A stretch of DNA of 64,000 nt from an uncultured Haloferula sp. (GTDB lineage: Bacteria > Verrucomicrobiota > Verrucomicrobiia > Verrucomicrobiales > Akkermansiaceae): positions 32,001-96,000 of the forward strand of contig CBFGTS010000003.1 in NCBI GenBank assembly GCA_965652295.1. The letters run 5' to 3'. The translations under genes and the position numbers were made by a program. Under the pieces are notes generated by a model, which did no database searches, was not told the DNA's origin, and was given only the letters and a program-made list of their open reading frames with translations. Shown here piece by piece: positions 56,095 to 64,000 of this stretch; within the stretch, counting starts at the first letter, position 1, and every line of letters begins with the position of its first letter.

Positions 56095-59004
56095 CTACCG
56101 CACGTTCACCTGAACCGCGGATTCCAGCCCGTTGTCCGCTGTCACCTTCAGGGTCGCCGCTCCGCTTTCACCGGGCTTGCTGCGCAGGACGGCAACCGCC
56201 TGACCGTAGAACAGGGAGTGCTCGACGTCCGTCAGGGACTCCATGCCCATCGGATCGCCATTGGCCACGCCCATGAACACGGCCGCGCCTTCCGTTTCGA
56301 ACTTGAGCTCGTCCATCGCCAGCGGGCAGAGATTGCCGCTTTCATCGAGCATTCGGATCGTAACGTAACAGAGGTCCATGCCGTCCGCATTCAGCTCGGG
56401 GCGATCGGGCGATACCTCCAGCTTGGCCGCAGCACCGGCGGTGCGCACACGATCCTCGCCGATCTTCGCGCCGTCCTTGTAGGCGACCACTTCCAACTCG
56501 CCCGGCTCGAACGGGATGTCGAAGAAGCGGATGCGGTAGGCATCGACGATGTCGAAGTAGGGATCCTGAGCGCGGATCGCGGTGTCATAAACCTCGAACT
56601 CACGGATGCTCGCCCAGCTCCCTCCTTCGTGGCCCTTGACATTGACCTTCAGATAACGGCCCTCGGTCGGGGCAAGGGTGATCGTCATGCGCTCCCGCAC
56701 GGATTCGCGTTTGCCGGAAAGCTGCTTCCAGTTCCGCTGGTCCGTGGAAACGAGCAGTTCGAAGTCGTAGCGCGTATCGCGAGCTTCCCACTGGATCACC
56801 ACGGTGGAAAACAACCGCTCCTGTCCGAGATCGACCTCCCAAGCCTGGGGAAAGCCGCCACTCTCCGCGCACCAGCGGGTTTCCGGGTTGCCATCGATCG
56901 CCTTGTCGGCCGTGTGGTCGGCCAGCACGTTTCCATCCTTGTCCTGGACGACCTGTGAGCTGGTGGCGTTGACGGTTTTCCCAAATGCGAAGTTCGCCGA
57001 CTCGAGCTTGTCTGGGTCGACCTTGGCCTTGCGGCCGAGGCTTCTGCCGTTGAGGAAGAGCTCGGCTTCATCGCCGTCGGTATAGACGATGACCGGCACG
57101 CGGTCCCCTTCGGACCAGTTCCAGTGCGGCGAGAGATGGACGGTGTGGTCGTCTTTCCTCCAAAGGCCACGATAAAGATAGAATGCATCCTTGGGCAGGC
57201 CCGCCAGATCGATGATGCCGAAGTAGCTGCTTCTCGCGGCATCCTTCAGCTCGGGCGATCCCTTGCCCCGGGCCGGGGTCGGCTCACCCAGATAATCGAA
57301 GCCGGTCCAGACATAATTGCCGCAGAGAAACCGCTCTTTGCGCATGCGCTCGAACTCGTATTCCGGAATGTCCGCCCAGATCGCGGCCGTCAGGCAATAG
57401 TCGCTCTGATAGGGTCCGGGCTGGTAGTCGGTCTTGGCGTCCGGCAGCTCCAGATTGTAGTAGCCACGCGTTCCGAAGGCCGACGCGGTTTCCGAGTAGA
57501 TGATGGGTTTCTCCGGGTAGTTCTTCCGGAAGTTCGTGTAGCGGGCCGAATAGTTCCAGCCGGAGACATCCACCGAGTCGAAGATCTTGGCGGAACGATC
57601 GGCACCCTGCGGCATGTGGCCCACCATGAGCGTCGGCCGGGTGGGGTCGTATTTCTTGAAATAACCGACCACCTGCGAAACGAGTTCTCCGCCCGAGCCA
57701 TCGCGCCGGCCGAGGATGTTGTAGTCTTCATTGGAGATCGACCAGATGACGACCGACGGGCTGTTGCGGTCGCGGAGGACGAAGTTCTTCACCTCCCGTT
57801 CGGCATACTTTTTAACAAACTCGGGAGTTTTCACCCGCACGCCGCCGGTGGCATCCCATTTGTCGTAAAGTTCGTCGAGCACCACGATCCCGAGACGGTC
57901 GCATATCTTCACCACCTCCGGAGCGTCGGGATTGTGAGAAGTGCGCAACGAGTTGATCCCCATCTCCTTGAGGATTCTCAGCTTGCGCTCCATCGCCGCC
58001 GGGTAGAACGCCGCACCCAGCATGCCGTGGGTGTGGTGCTCGCAAACCCCTTGCAGGTCCACACGGCGGCCGTTGAGATGAAAGCCGTCGTTCGCCGTCC
58101 ATTCGTAGGTGCGAATGCCGAAGTTCGTCTCCTCGTGGTCCACCTCGTCGCCATCGACCACCACACGGGTCCGGAGCGAGTAAAGATGCGGATGGTCCAC
58201 GTCCCACCGCATCGGTTCACTCACCGGAAAATCGAAGACGGCTTTGCCGTCCTCCCCGCCGATCTGGAGCGACTGACGCTTGCTGGCGATCTCCCTGCCA
58301 TCCGGATCGACGATCGTGGCCTCGACGCCGACGGTCACCTGCTCGCCGGACCGGTTCGCGATCTCGACCTCGGCCCGGACCTTCGCTTGCGAGTCCTGGA
58401 CGTCGGGCGTGGTCACAAAAACGCCCCACACCGGGATATGGACGGGATCGACCAGTTGCATCGCCACCTTGCGGTAGATCCCGGCGCCGGGGTACCAGCG
58501 CGAGGCCATTTGCCGCGTATCCGCGTGCACCGTCAGCACGTTCTCGCCGCCGAAGTCCGCGGCATCGGTGGCATCGATCCAGAACGAGTTGTAGCCGTAG
58601 ATCCATGAGCCGACTTCCTCGCCATTCAGGTAAACGGTGGGATGGGCCATGACGCCATCGAAGATGAACTGCACGCGCTTGCCTTTCGCATCCGCCGGGA
58701 GCGTGAAGGATTTGCGGTACCAGCCCTCACCTCTCCAAGGCAGCTTGGCGGTATCGGGGTTTCCCTGCGGATCGAACGGTCCCGCGATCGCCCAGTCGTG
58801 CGGCAGATCGACGTGTTCCCATTTCGAATCGTCGAACGACGCTTCCTTGGCCTCCGGATGGGAGCCCTTGGCGAAACGCCAGCCGAAGTTGATCGGATCG
58901 ACCTCGTGGACGGACGCGCGGGATTCCTGGTCCTCGTCAGCCCGGACGGACAGCGGCATCCATAAGAGAATTGATGACAGCAGGAAGACGGAGGACGGGT
59001 TCAT
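56095..59004 (-). CDS. Secreted GH2 glycoside hydrolase with F5/8 type C (CBM32-like) insertion
   Basis: LPHDWAI, SRWYPGAGIYR, GVCEHH, LRTSHNP, RDRNSPSVVIWSISNE, WTGFDYLGEPTP; AIDGNPETRW...VDLG...SIREFEVY. Confidence 0.92.
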   Translation of the reverse strand: MNPSSVFLLSSILLWMPLSVRADEDQESRASVHEVDPINFGWRFAKGSHPEAKEASFDDSKWEHVDLPHDWAIAGPFDPQGNPDTAKLPWRGEGWYRKSFTLPADAKGKRVQFIFDGVMAHPTVYLNGEEVGSWIYGYNSFWIDATDAADFGGENVLTVHADTRQMASRWYPGAGIYRKVAMQLVDPVHIPVWGVFVTTPDVQDSQAKVRAEVEIANRSGEQVTVGVEATIVDPDGREIASKRQSLQIGGEDGKAVFDFPVSEPMRWDVDHPHLYSLRTRVVVDGDEVDHEETNFGIRTYEWTANDGFHLNGRRVDLQGVCEHHTHGMLGAAFYPAAMERKLRILKEMGINSLRTSHNPDAPEVVKICDRLGIVVLDELYDKWDATGGVRVKTPEFVKKYAEREVKNFVLRDRNSPSVVIWSISNEDYNILGRRDGSGGELVSQVVGYFKKYDPTRPTLMVGHMPQGADRSAKIFDSVDVSGWNYSARYTNFRKNYPEKPIIYSETASAFGTRGYYNLELPDAKTDYQPGPYQSDYCLTAAIWADIPEYEFERMRKERFLCGNYVWTGFDYLGEPTPARGKGSPELKDAARSSYFGIIDLAGLPKDAFYLYRGLWRKDDHTVHLSPHWNWSEGDRVPVIVYTDGDEAELFLNGRSLGRKAKVDPDKLESANFAFGKTVNATSSQVVQDKDGNVLADHTADKAIDGNPETRWCAESGGFPQAWEVDLGQERLFSTVVIQWEARDTRYDFELLVSTDQRNWKQLSGKRESVRERMTITLAPTEGRYLKVNVKGHEGGSWASIREFEVYDTAIRAQDPYFDIVDAYRIRFFDIPFEPGELEVVAYKDGAKIGEDRVRTAGAAAKLEVSPDRPELNADGMDLCYVTIRMLDESGNLCPLAMDELKFETEGAAVFMGVANGDPMGMESLTDVEHSLFYGQAVAVLRSKPGESGAATLKVTADNGLESAVQVNVR

Positions 59005-59036
59005 GATGAGACGAAAAATGAGTGGATGGGAAAATC

Positions 59037-62000
59037 TCATTTGCCGGGCTTGATGGCAATGCCTTGCACGACGAGCGCCCGGTCGGCGGACCACAGCTTG
59101 AGGGTCGCCCTCCCTTTCGGGACCTTCAGTTTCGCGGAACCGGACATGACGTGCCGGAGCACGTTCTTCGCCCACAACTTGTCGTGACCGCCGCTGTCGC
59201 GCTCGCCGAAGGAGACGAGAACCGGAGCACCGTCATTGATCGAAACGGCGGCAAGAACCTCGTGCTCGGGCGTGAACGGGTGGGTCGGCAAGGCCTCGAT
59301 CTCGACCGACACCTCGCCCGACTGTTCGGAATCGAAGATGTATTCCGCGACCGGCGCGTGTTTCCGAACCGCCCCGGCCGTTCGCAGGGTGGGCACGTCT
59401 TGAAAGGGCATGACGGTGATGGCGTGGCCGCACGGACTCAGACCATCGATCACCCCCCAATCGGCCCCGTCTTGGCCGCGGGTCCGCACGAAAGAGGTCG
59501 GATCGATCCGGATCACATCCTCTTCAGGGTCCGGCGATGCCGGGTTGGTGCCGGTCGGCGCGGTGGACGGCATGTCGAAGACCGGCAGTCCGCGCGGGCG
59601 ATAGTCCATCATCTCCCGCCACTTGCCGCCTTGGAGGGAGTTGTATTCCTCCGTCAGTTCCTTGATCCGCTCGAAGGCCTTCACGGCCAGGTTCCCCTCG
59701 TCCGATGAACCGGTCCGACGCGCTGCCTCGGCGCGGAGGATCTTCTCGGCCATCGCCGCGGCCCCGAGCGTCGGGTACTCGACGAGCTGGAAGTACGGGG
59801 AACGCAGTTCTTCCGGCAGCTCCGCGGCGAAGGCTTCCGTCCGCTCGGCGAGCCGGAGCCAGCGTTGCAACACCCGCTGCTGTTTCTCCATGGGCCACGG
59901 ACTGTCCTGGATCGGAGTGTTCGGGTAGATCTGGTTGAACCCCATGTGCTCGGGCCGCCGGATGGCGCAGAGGCGGTAATACTCGTCCTTCAGGCTGGCG
60001 ATCACTTCCCCGAACGCCGGACCGAACTGCTGCTTGTAGAAATCGTGCAGGAAGCGGCCTTGCACGTCCGGACCGTAGGCATCGATGTTCCATGCCAAGT
60101 CGAAGGTGATCCCCATGCCCGTCTCCATCGGTTTGATGTCGCCGACGTTGAGCACCCACATCTCATACACGCCCAATTGATAGGCCTTCGTCATTTCCAG
60201 CCAGAGGTGCGCGGGCGGCGTGGAATCCAGCCATAGGAAATCGTGGGAGCCACCCCAGTAGGACAGGTGATAGTAGACGCCGCTGCCGCCGGAACGCTGC
60301 CGTTCTTCGGCATCGGGGAGCTGCCGGATGTAGCCATGGTTGTCATCGGGCCACACCAACGTGATGTCCTCGGGCAGATCCATCCCCATCTGGTAGAGGT
60401 CCAGCACCTCCTTGTAGGGAACGAAGGACTGCGGCACCTTGGAGGCGTCCGGGTTCACATGCTCTTCGATCATCTTGCGCTGGAGCCCGATGAGCTTTTC
60501 CAGGCGATCGCGCTTCTCCTTGGGGGAGCCACCACCGGGCACCCCACTGTCGTGAACGCCACGGACGCCCACGGTGTAGACGTTTTCAAACTCCGCATTC
60601 TCCGCCACACGCGTCTCCCAGTAGTCCAGCATGCTGGGAAGGTTGGTCACCGGATTCCAGTCGCCGAATTTTTTATGGTCCCATTCGTCGACGTTGTTCC
60701 GCAGCATCGGCTCGCAATGCGATGAACCCATGACGATCGCGTAATCGTCGGCCACCTGCTTGTTTTCCGGGTAGTGGTTGAAAGCCTTCGTCGACGGGTG
60801 CATCGCCGGCCAGCAGTGATTGGCCTTCAATCGCAGCAGCAGCTCGAAGATTTTCGCATAGGTCTTCGGGCCCATGTCCTTCACTTCTCCCTGGCCGCTT
60901 TCGAAGTTCTTCTCCGCCCATTCCTGCAGGCCCCAGTCCTCATCGTTGATGAAGATGCCGCGGTAACGGATGCTGGGCTCCTTCGAAGTGAAAGGCTCCG
61001 GGCTGATGTGAATCTCGTCCGTCCGCTTCGCCGGCACATCGGCCCACCAGTACCAGGGTGAAACGCCTATCGCCTCGGACAGGGAAAAGACGCCGAACGC
61101 CGTGCCGCGACGGTCGCTGCCCGCGATCACCAACGCCTGCGGAACGTCCGGTGACGGGTTTTCCACCACTTCGATACGATACCGCTCCCAGCCGCCCTTG
61201 ATGCCGGAGACATCGATCTTGCGGCCAGCCGCCAGTGCGTCGATCACCGGGCTTTTCCCCAGGGTCCCGATGACCACCAGCGGCCCGCTCTGACCGGCGG
61301 CGGTCGTGGTTACCTCTGGGCGGACACCGCTCACCCGCTCGACATCCTCCGCGAACAACTCCGAGGCGATCTCGACAACCTTGGCGTCCTCGCCCGAGTA
61401 CACGATGGTCGCCGCCTTGCCCGCCTCGACCAGGGCGAAGTCGCGCTCCGAGCCGGCCGTTCCGGAAACGGCGGGAGCACCCGCGGGCTTGATCGGCGTC
61501 TCCGGGGCAAGAGCGGCCAAGCCGGCGTTTGGGAGCAGGTGTTGCTTCAACGGGCTGTCGCTTTCCGCGAGACCTCGGCAGACCAGCGCGGCCATGTGGA
61601 TAGCTCCGCTCTTGTTCCAGTGCGTCGTGTCATTCGGCGCGAGCAGATCGACGAGCGCGTCGTTGCCGATTCCCTGCATGAACTCGCCGCTCATGGCGAA
61701 CAGATCGATCAGCGTCACCCCCTTGGATTTGGCAACGTCCCGCATCGCCTTGGCGTACGGTTCGAGATCGTAGCGGGGCGTGCCATCGTCACCGACGAGG
61801 AAGGGCAGCAGGTTGCCTTTCCCGTCGAAACTCCGGCGGTGCATCGGCGTGACCAGGATCGGAGTCGCCCCTTTCGCCCGGGTTTCCTCGATGTATTGCT
61901 CGATGAATTTCCGGTAATCCCCCGACGCATCGGTCGACTCCAGATTGCCGGGTTCATGGGAATCGTTGTGGCCGAATTGGATCAGGACGAAGTCCTCTTC

Positions 62001-62294
62001 CCCGAGACTCTCCAGAACCTTCGCCCAAAGGCCCTCACCGATGAAGGTCTTGGTGCTGCGGGCGGGTTTCGCGTGGTTTTCGAACCGCACGTGACCCTCG
62101 AAAAAATAGGGAATCATCTGTCCCCAGCCACGGTTCGCTTCGTTCTCGCGGTAGGTTGACACGGTCGAGTCGCCGATGATCGCCACGTCAACCTCCGGCG
62201 CGGCGTCGGCTGCAGCAGAGCCCAATAGGAGGGGTATGGCTAAAACGAGTGCGGATCGCGTGATCGTGGAGAGAAGGCGGGCGATTCGGTTCAC
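59037..62294 (-). CDS. Secreted CE12-like SGNH acetylesterase fused to GH115
   Basis: IGDSTV, GWG, ARSTKTF, IQFGHND, DTTH; then GSDRRGTAFG, RGIFINDEDWG, WPAMHP, WPDDNHGY, VYYHLSYWG, VGDIKP. Confidence 0.92.
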   Translation of the reverse strand: MNRIARLLSTITRSALVLAIPLLLGSAAADAAPEVDVAIIGDSTVSTYRENEANRGWGQMIPYFFEGHVRFENHAKPARSTKTFIGEGLWAKVLESLGEEDFVLIQFGHNDSHEPGNLESTDASGDYRKFIEQYIEETRAKGATPILVTPMHRRSFDGKGNLLPFLVGDDGTPRYDLEPYAKAMRDVAKSKGVTLIDLFAMSGEFMQGIGNDALVDLLAPNDTTHWNKSGAIHMAALVCRGLAESDSPLKQHLLPNAGLAALAPETPIKPAGAPAVSGTAGSERDFALVEAGKAATIVYSGEDAKVVEIASELFAEDVERVSGVRPEVTTTAAGQSGPLVVIGTLGKSPVIDALAAGRKIDVSGIKGGWERYRIEVVENPSPDVPQALVIAGSDRRGTAFGVFSLSEAIGVSPWYWWADVPAKRTDEIHISPEPFTSKEPSIRYRGIFINDEDWGLQEWAEKNFESGQGEVKDMGPKTYAKIFELLLRLKANHCWPAMHPSTKAFNHYPENKQVADDYAIVMGSSHCEPMLRNNVDEWDHKKFGDWNPVTNLPSMLDYWETRVAENAEFENVYTVGVRGVHDSGVPGGGSPKEKRDRLEKLIGLQRKMIEEHVNPDASKVPQSFVPYKEVLDLYQMGMDLPEDITLVWPDDNHGYIRQLPDAEERQRSGGSGVYYHLSYWGGSHDFLWLDSTPPAHLWLEMTKAYQLGVYEMWVLNVGDIKPMETGMGITFDLAWNIDAYGPDVQGRFLHDFYKQQFGPAFGEVIASLKDEYYRLCAIRRPEHMGFNQIYPNTPIQDSPWPMEKQQRVLQRWLRLAERTEAFAAELPEELRSPYFQLVEYPTLGAAAMAEKILRAEAARRTGSSDEGNLAVKAFERIKELTEEYNSLQGGKWREMMDYRPRGLPVFDMPSTAPTGTNPASPDPEEDVIRIDPTSFVRTRGQDGADWGVIDGLSPCGHAITVMPFQDVPTLRTAGAVRKHAPVAEYIFDSEQSGEVSVEIEALPTHPFTPEHEVLAAVSINDGAPVLVSFGERDSGGHDKLWAKNVLRHVMSGSAKLKVPKGRATLKLWSADRALVVQGIAIKPGK

Positions 62295-62425
62295 AGAATG
62301 AGGGTGCGGTTTGAAAAATCGTCGGCGTGAGCGTTCGGATTCCGGAAAGCGTGGAAGTGGCGGAGGTCGGCTGCGCTACGGACGACAGGAAACCTTCCTT
62401 GCAGGCATCCGGGCATAGGACGAAC

Positions 62426-62458
62426 AAAAAACCCGCCTCGCCGGAATGGCGGGGAGGG
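62426..62458 (-). terminator. Probable Rho-independent terminator
   Basis: Minus strand CCCTCCCCGCC-ATTCC-GGCGAGGCGGG-TTTTTT. Confidence 0.6.
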
Positions 62459-62632
62459 CATGGCTTTCACGACCATCGGCTCGTGCTGGATCACGGCAGC
62501 TTTTTCATACCGCGCCAAACCAAGGCCAAGACATCACCCCGAACAACCGGGTGCCTCGTTTCCCTGTAAACAGGAAGCAACAGGAAGCGCCGGCACTTCA
62601 AAGGCCGACGCCTCCACTCCCCTCTTCTTGGC

Positions 62633-64000
62633 TCAGGGCGAGTCCTCGGCGGACGCCCTGAGGAACCCGAGCGGACCCCGCGGCGATTCGCCGCCCACAT
62701 CCCCATCGAGCCGGAAAGTCCGGTAACTCCAGCCTTCGTCCAAGGCAGGCAGCTCCGACGAAAGCGCGGGCATGACTTCCGAAACCGCTTGGTCGAAGGT
62801 CGCCAGATCGTTGGATCCTCCAACGCTGTAGGTGAGACCTTCCGCCACAAGCGTGGCAACGGCCGGGGCGGTTTCAGAAAAGACCGCTCCGTCCCTCACC
62901 GGGAAGGTCAACACGAACCCGGTTCCCGGGGCGATGTCCGCCAAACCCGAGCTGAATTTCCCCGAAGCCAGACCGTCCAGAGCGGAGGTCGGATCGGTGT
63001 TGAATGCAAATTCCTCCAAATTCGTGAGGCCGTCACCGTCCGGATCCGCGCCGCGCTCGGCATCGGCACCCATGAGGCTCGGATAGTTGCCGATCCATTC
63101 CACGAACGGGTCCACCACATCGGACACCACGATCAAGCCGACCCCGGTGATGAATGGAGTCTCGTGTTCGGCTCCGGAGCCGATCGGCCCATAGATGCCT
63201 GGATCCTGGGTCACGCCGCCGAGCACCAGACCACCCACGATGTCCTCCTCCGAGCTGGCGAAGAAATCCAGGTTCAGCACGGCGCCTGCGGCCACGGACA
63301 AAGTCGCGGTATCACTGAGCCCGGGCTCCCAAAGAGAGAGGGTTCCCGCCTCCACCGTGGTGTTTCCGCTGTAAGCCGGCACCATCGACACGAACATCGT
63401 CCCTGCCCCGGCTTTGGTGAGGCTTCCCGGGGCCATTCCGAACTCACCGGATTGGTCGATCAAGACCACGGCCACTTCCAAATCGGTTTCATCATCGCCA
63501 GTGACATCCTCGACGGTGAAGACGGTGTCGGGACCAAGGTGGCATCCGCTGCCTCCACTGTCCGCGATGGTGGACGGAGCCGTGCCGGTCACCAAAACGT
63601 CGCCGCGAAACTGGACGCTTTGATTGTCACCCAGATCCGGGGATGCGTTCGCCAGAGTGCCGCCGTTCAACGTGAGATCGCCGAGGATGTTGTAGGCTCC
63701 CACCTGCAGCGTGCCCTGGTTCACCAGAATCGTGGGAAGAAGCTCGGAGTCACCGGTTTGATTGCCGAACACCCGGTTGCTGCCGAAGAGGAGCGTCGCC
63801 CCACTCTCGACATGGATCGTCCGCCCGGCGTGCTGCGCATTGCCGAGGCTGGTAAATGTGGGCACGTCAAACCCCCTCATCTGCGCGGTGAACTGTCCTT
63901 CGGTGATGGTCACGTCGCCGGTGAAATCCCCCCCGCCCGTGCTCACCGCATTGCCGAGTCCGGATTTCACGAGCGAAATCGTGCCATCCACCGAACCGTC
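62633..64000 (-). CDS. Secreted protein with autotransporter-associated beta-strand repeats; 5' end outside window
   Basis: SLVKSGLG...FTGDVTITEG, SLTKAGAGT...YSGNTTVEAGTL, DPDGDGLTNLEEFAFNTDP, C-terminal GFLRA. Confidence 0.88.
   Translation of the reverse strand, partial: DGSVDGTISLVKSGLGNAVSTGGGDFTGDVTITEGQFTAQMRGFDVPTFTSLGNAQHAGRTIHVESGATLLFGSNRVFGNQTGDSELLPTILVNQGTLQVGAYNILGDLTLNGGTLANASPDLGDNQSVQFRGDVLVTGTAPSTIADSGGSGCHLGPDTVFTVEDVTGDDETDLEVAVVLIDQSGEFGMAPGSLTKAGAGTMFVSMVPAYSGNTTVEAGTLSLWEPGLSDTATLSVAAGAVLNLDFFASSEEDIVGGLVLGGVTQDPGIYGPIGSGAEHETPFITGVGLIVVSDVVDPFVEWIGNYPSLMGADAERGADPDGDGLTNLEEFAFNTDPTSALDGLASGKFSSGLADIAPGTGFVLTFPVRDGAVFSETAPAVATLVAEGLTYSVGGSNDLATFDQAVSEVMPALSSELPALDEGWSYRTFRLDGDVGGESPRGPLGFLRASAEDSP

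Noticed and set aside
62585..62609. Possible fifth ECF promoter (minus-strand GTCGG...CGC) upstream of CE12-GH115
   Set aside because: Spacer is 15 nt rather than 17 and a terminator-like hairpin lies between it and the gene

Overview
High-GC bacterial chromosome segment, most likely Verrucomicrobiota of the Haloferula/Luteolibacter type (inferred from a PEP-CTERM protein, a TIGR02999-type ECF sigma plus Ser/Thr kinase pair, DUF1080, autotransporter-repeat proteins and many secreted CAZymes). The left ~39 kb mixes housekeeping and accessory genes: flotillin/NfeD, two GH2, fabG-ACP-flippase, tmk, a REP-flanked HUH transposase, ftsK, manA, pcm, a GH43/nucleotidyltransferase/plant-ARA1-like kinase cluster, GH97, monomeric icd, tRNA-Val(CAC), a gpgS cluster and a two-component system. 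The right ~25 kb is a glycan-utilisation region (two GH115, GH2-CBM32, CE12-GH115 fusion, L-galactose-dehydrogenase-like AKR, LacI, ECF/STK). The most unusual signals are non-coding: four exactly spaced copies of a GTCGG-N17-CGC promoter-like motif around the ECF/STK pair, one preceding a putative sRNA whose UGGG(G) loops are complementary to C-rich leaders of the neighbouring genes, and a ~0.9 kb intergenic cluster (26.9-27.8 kb) of putative C-loop and G-loop sRNAs with mutually complementary loops. No CRISPR array or rRNA seen. All family calls are from motif recognition by eye, not database searches; several start codons are my choice within the supplied ORFs.
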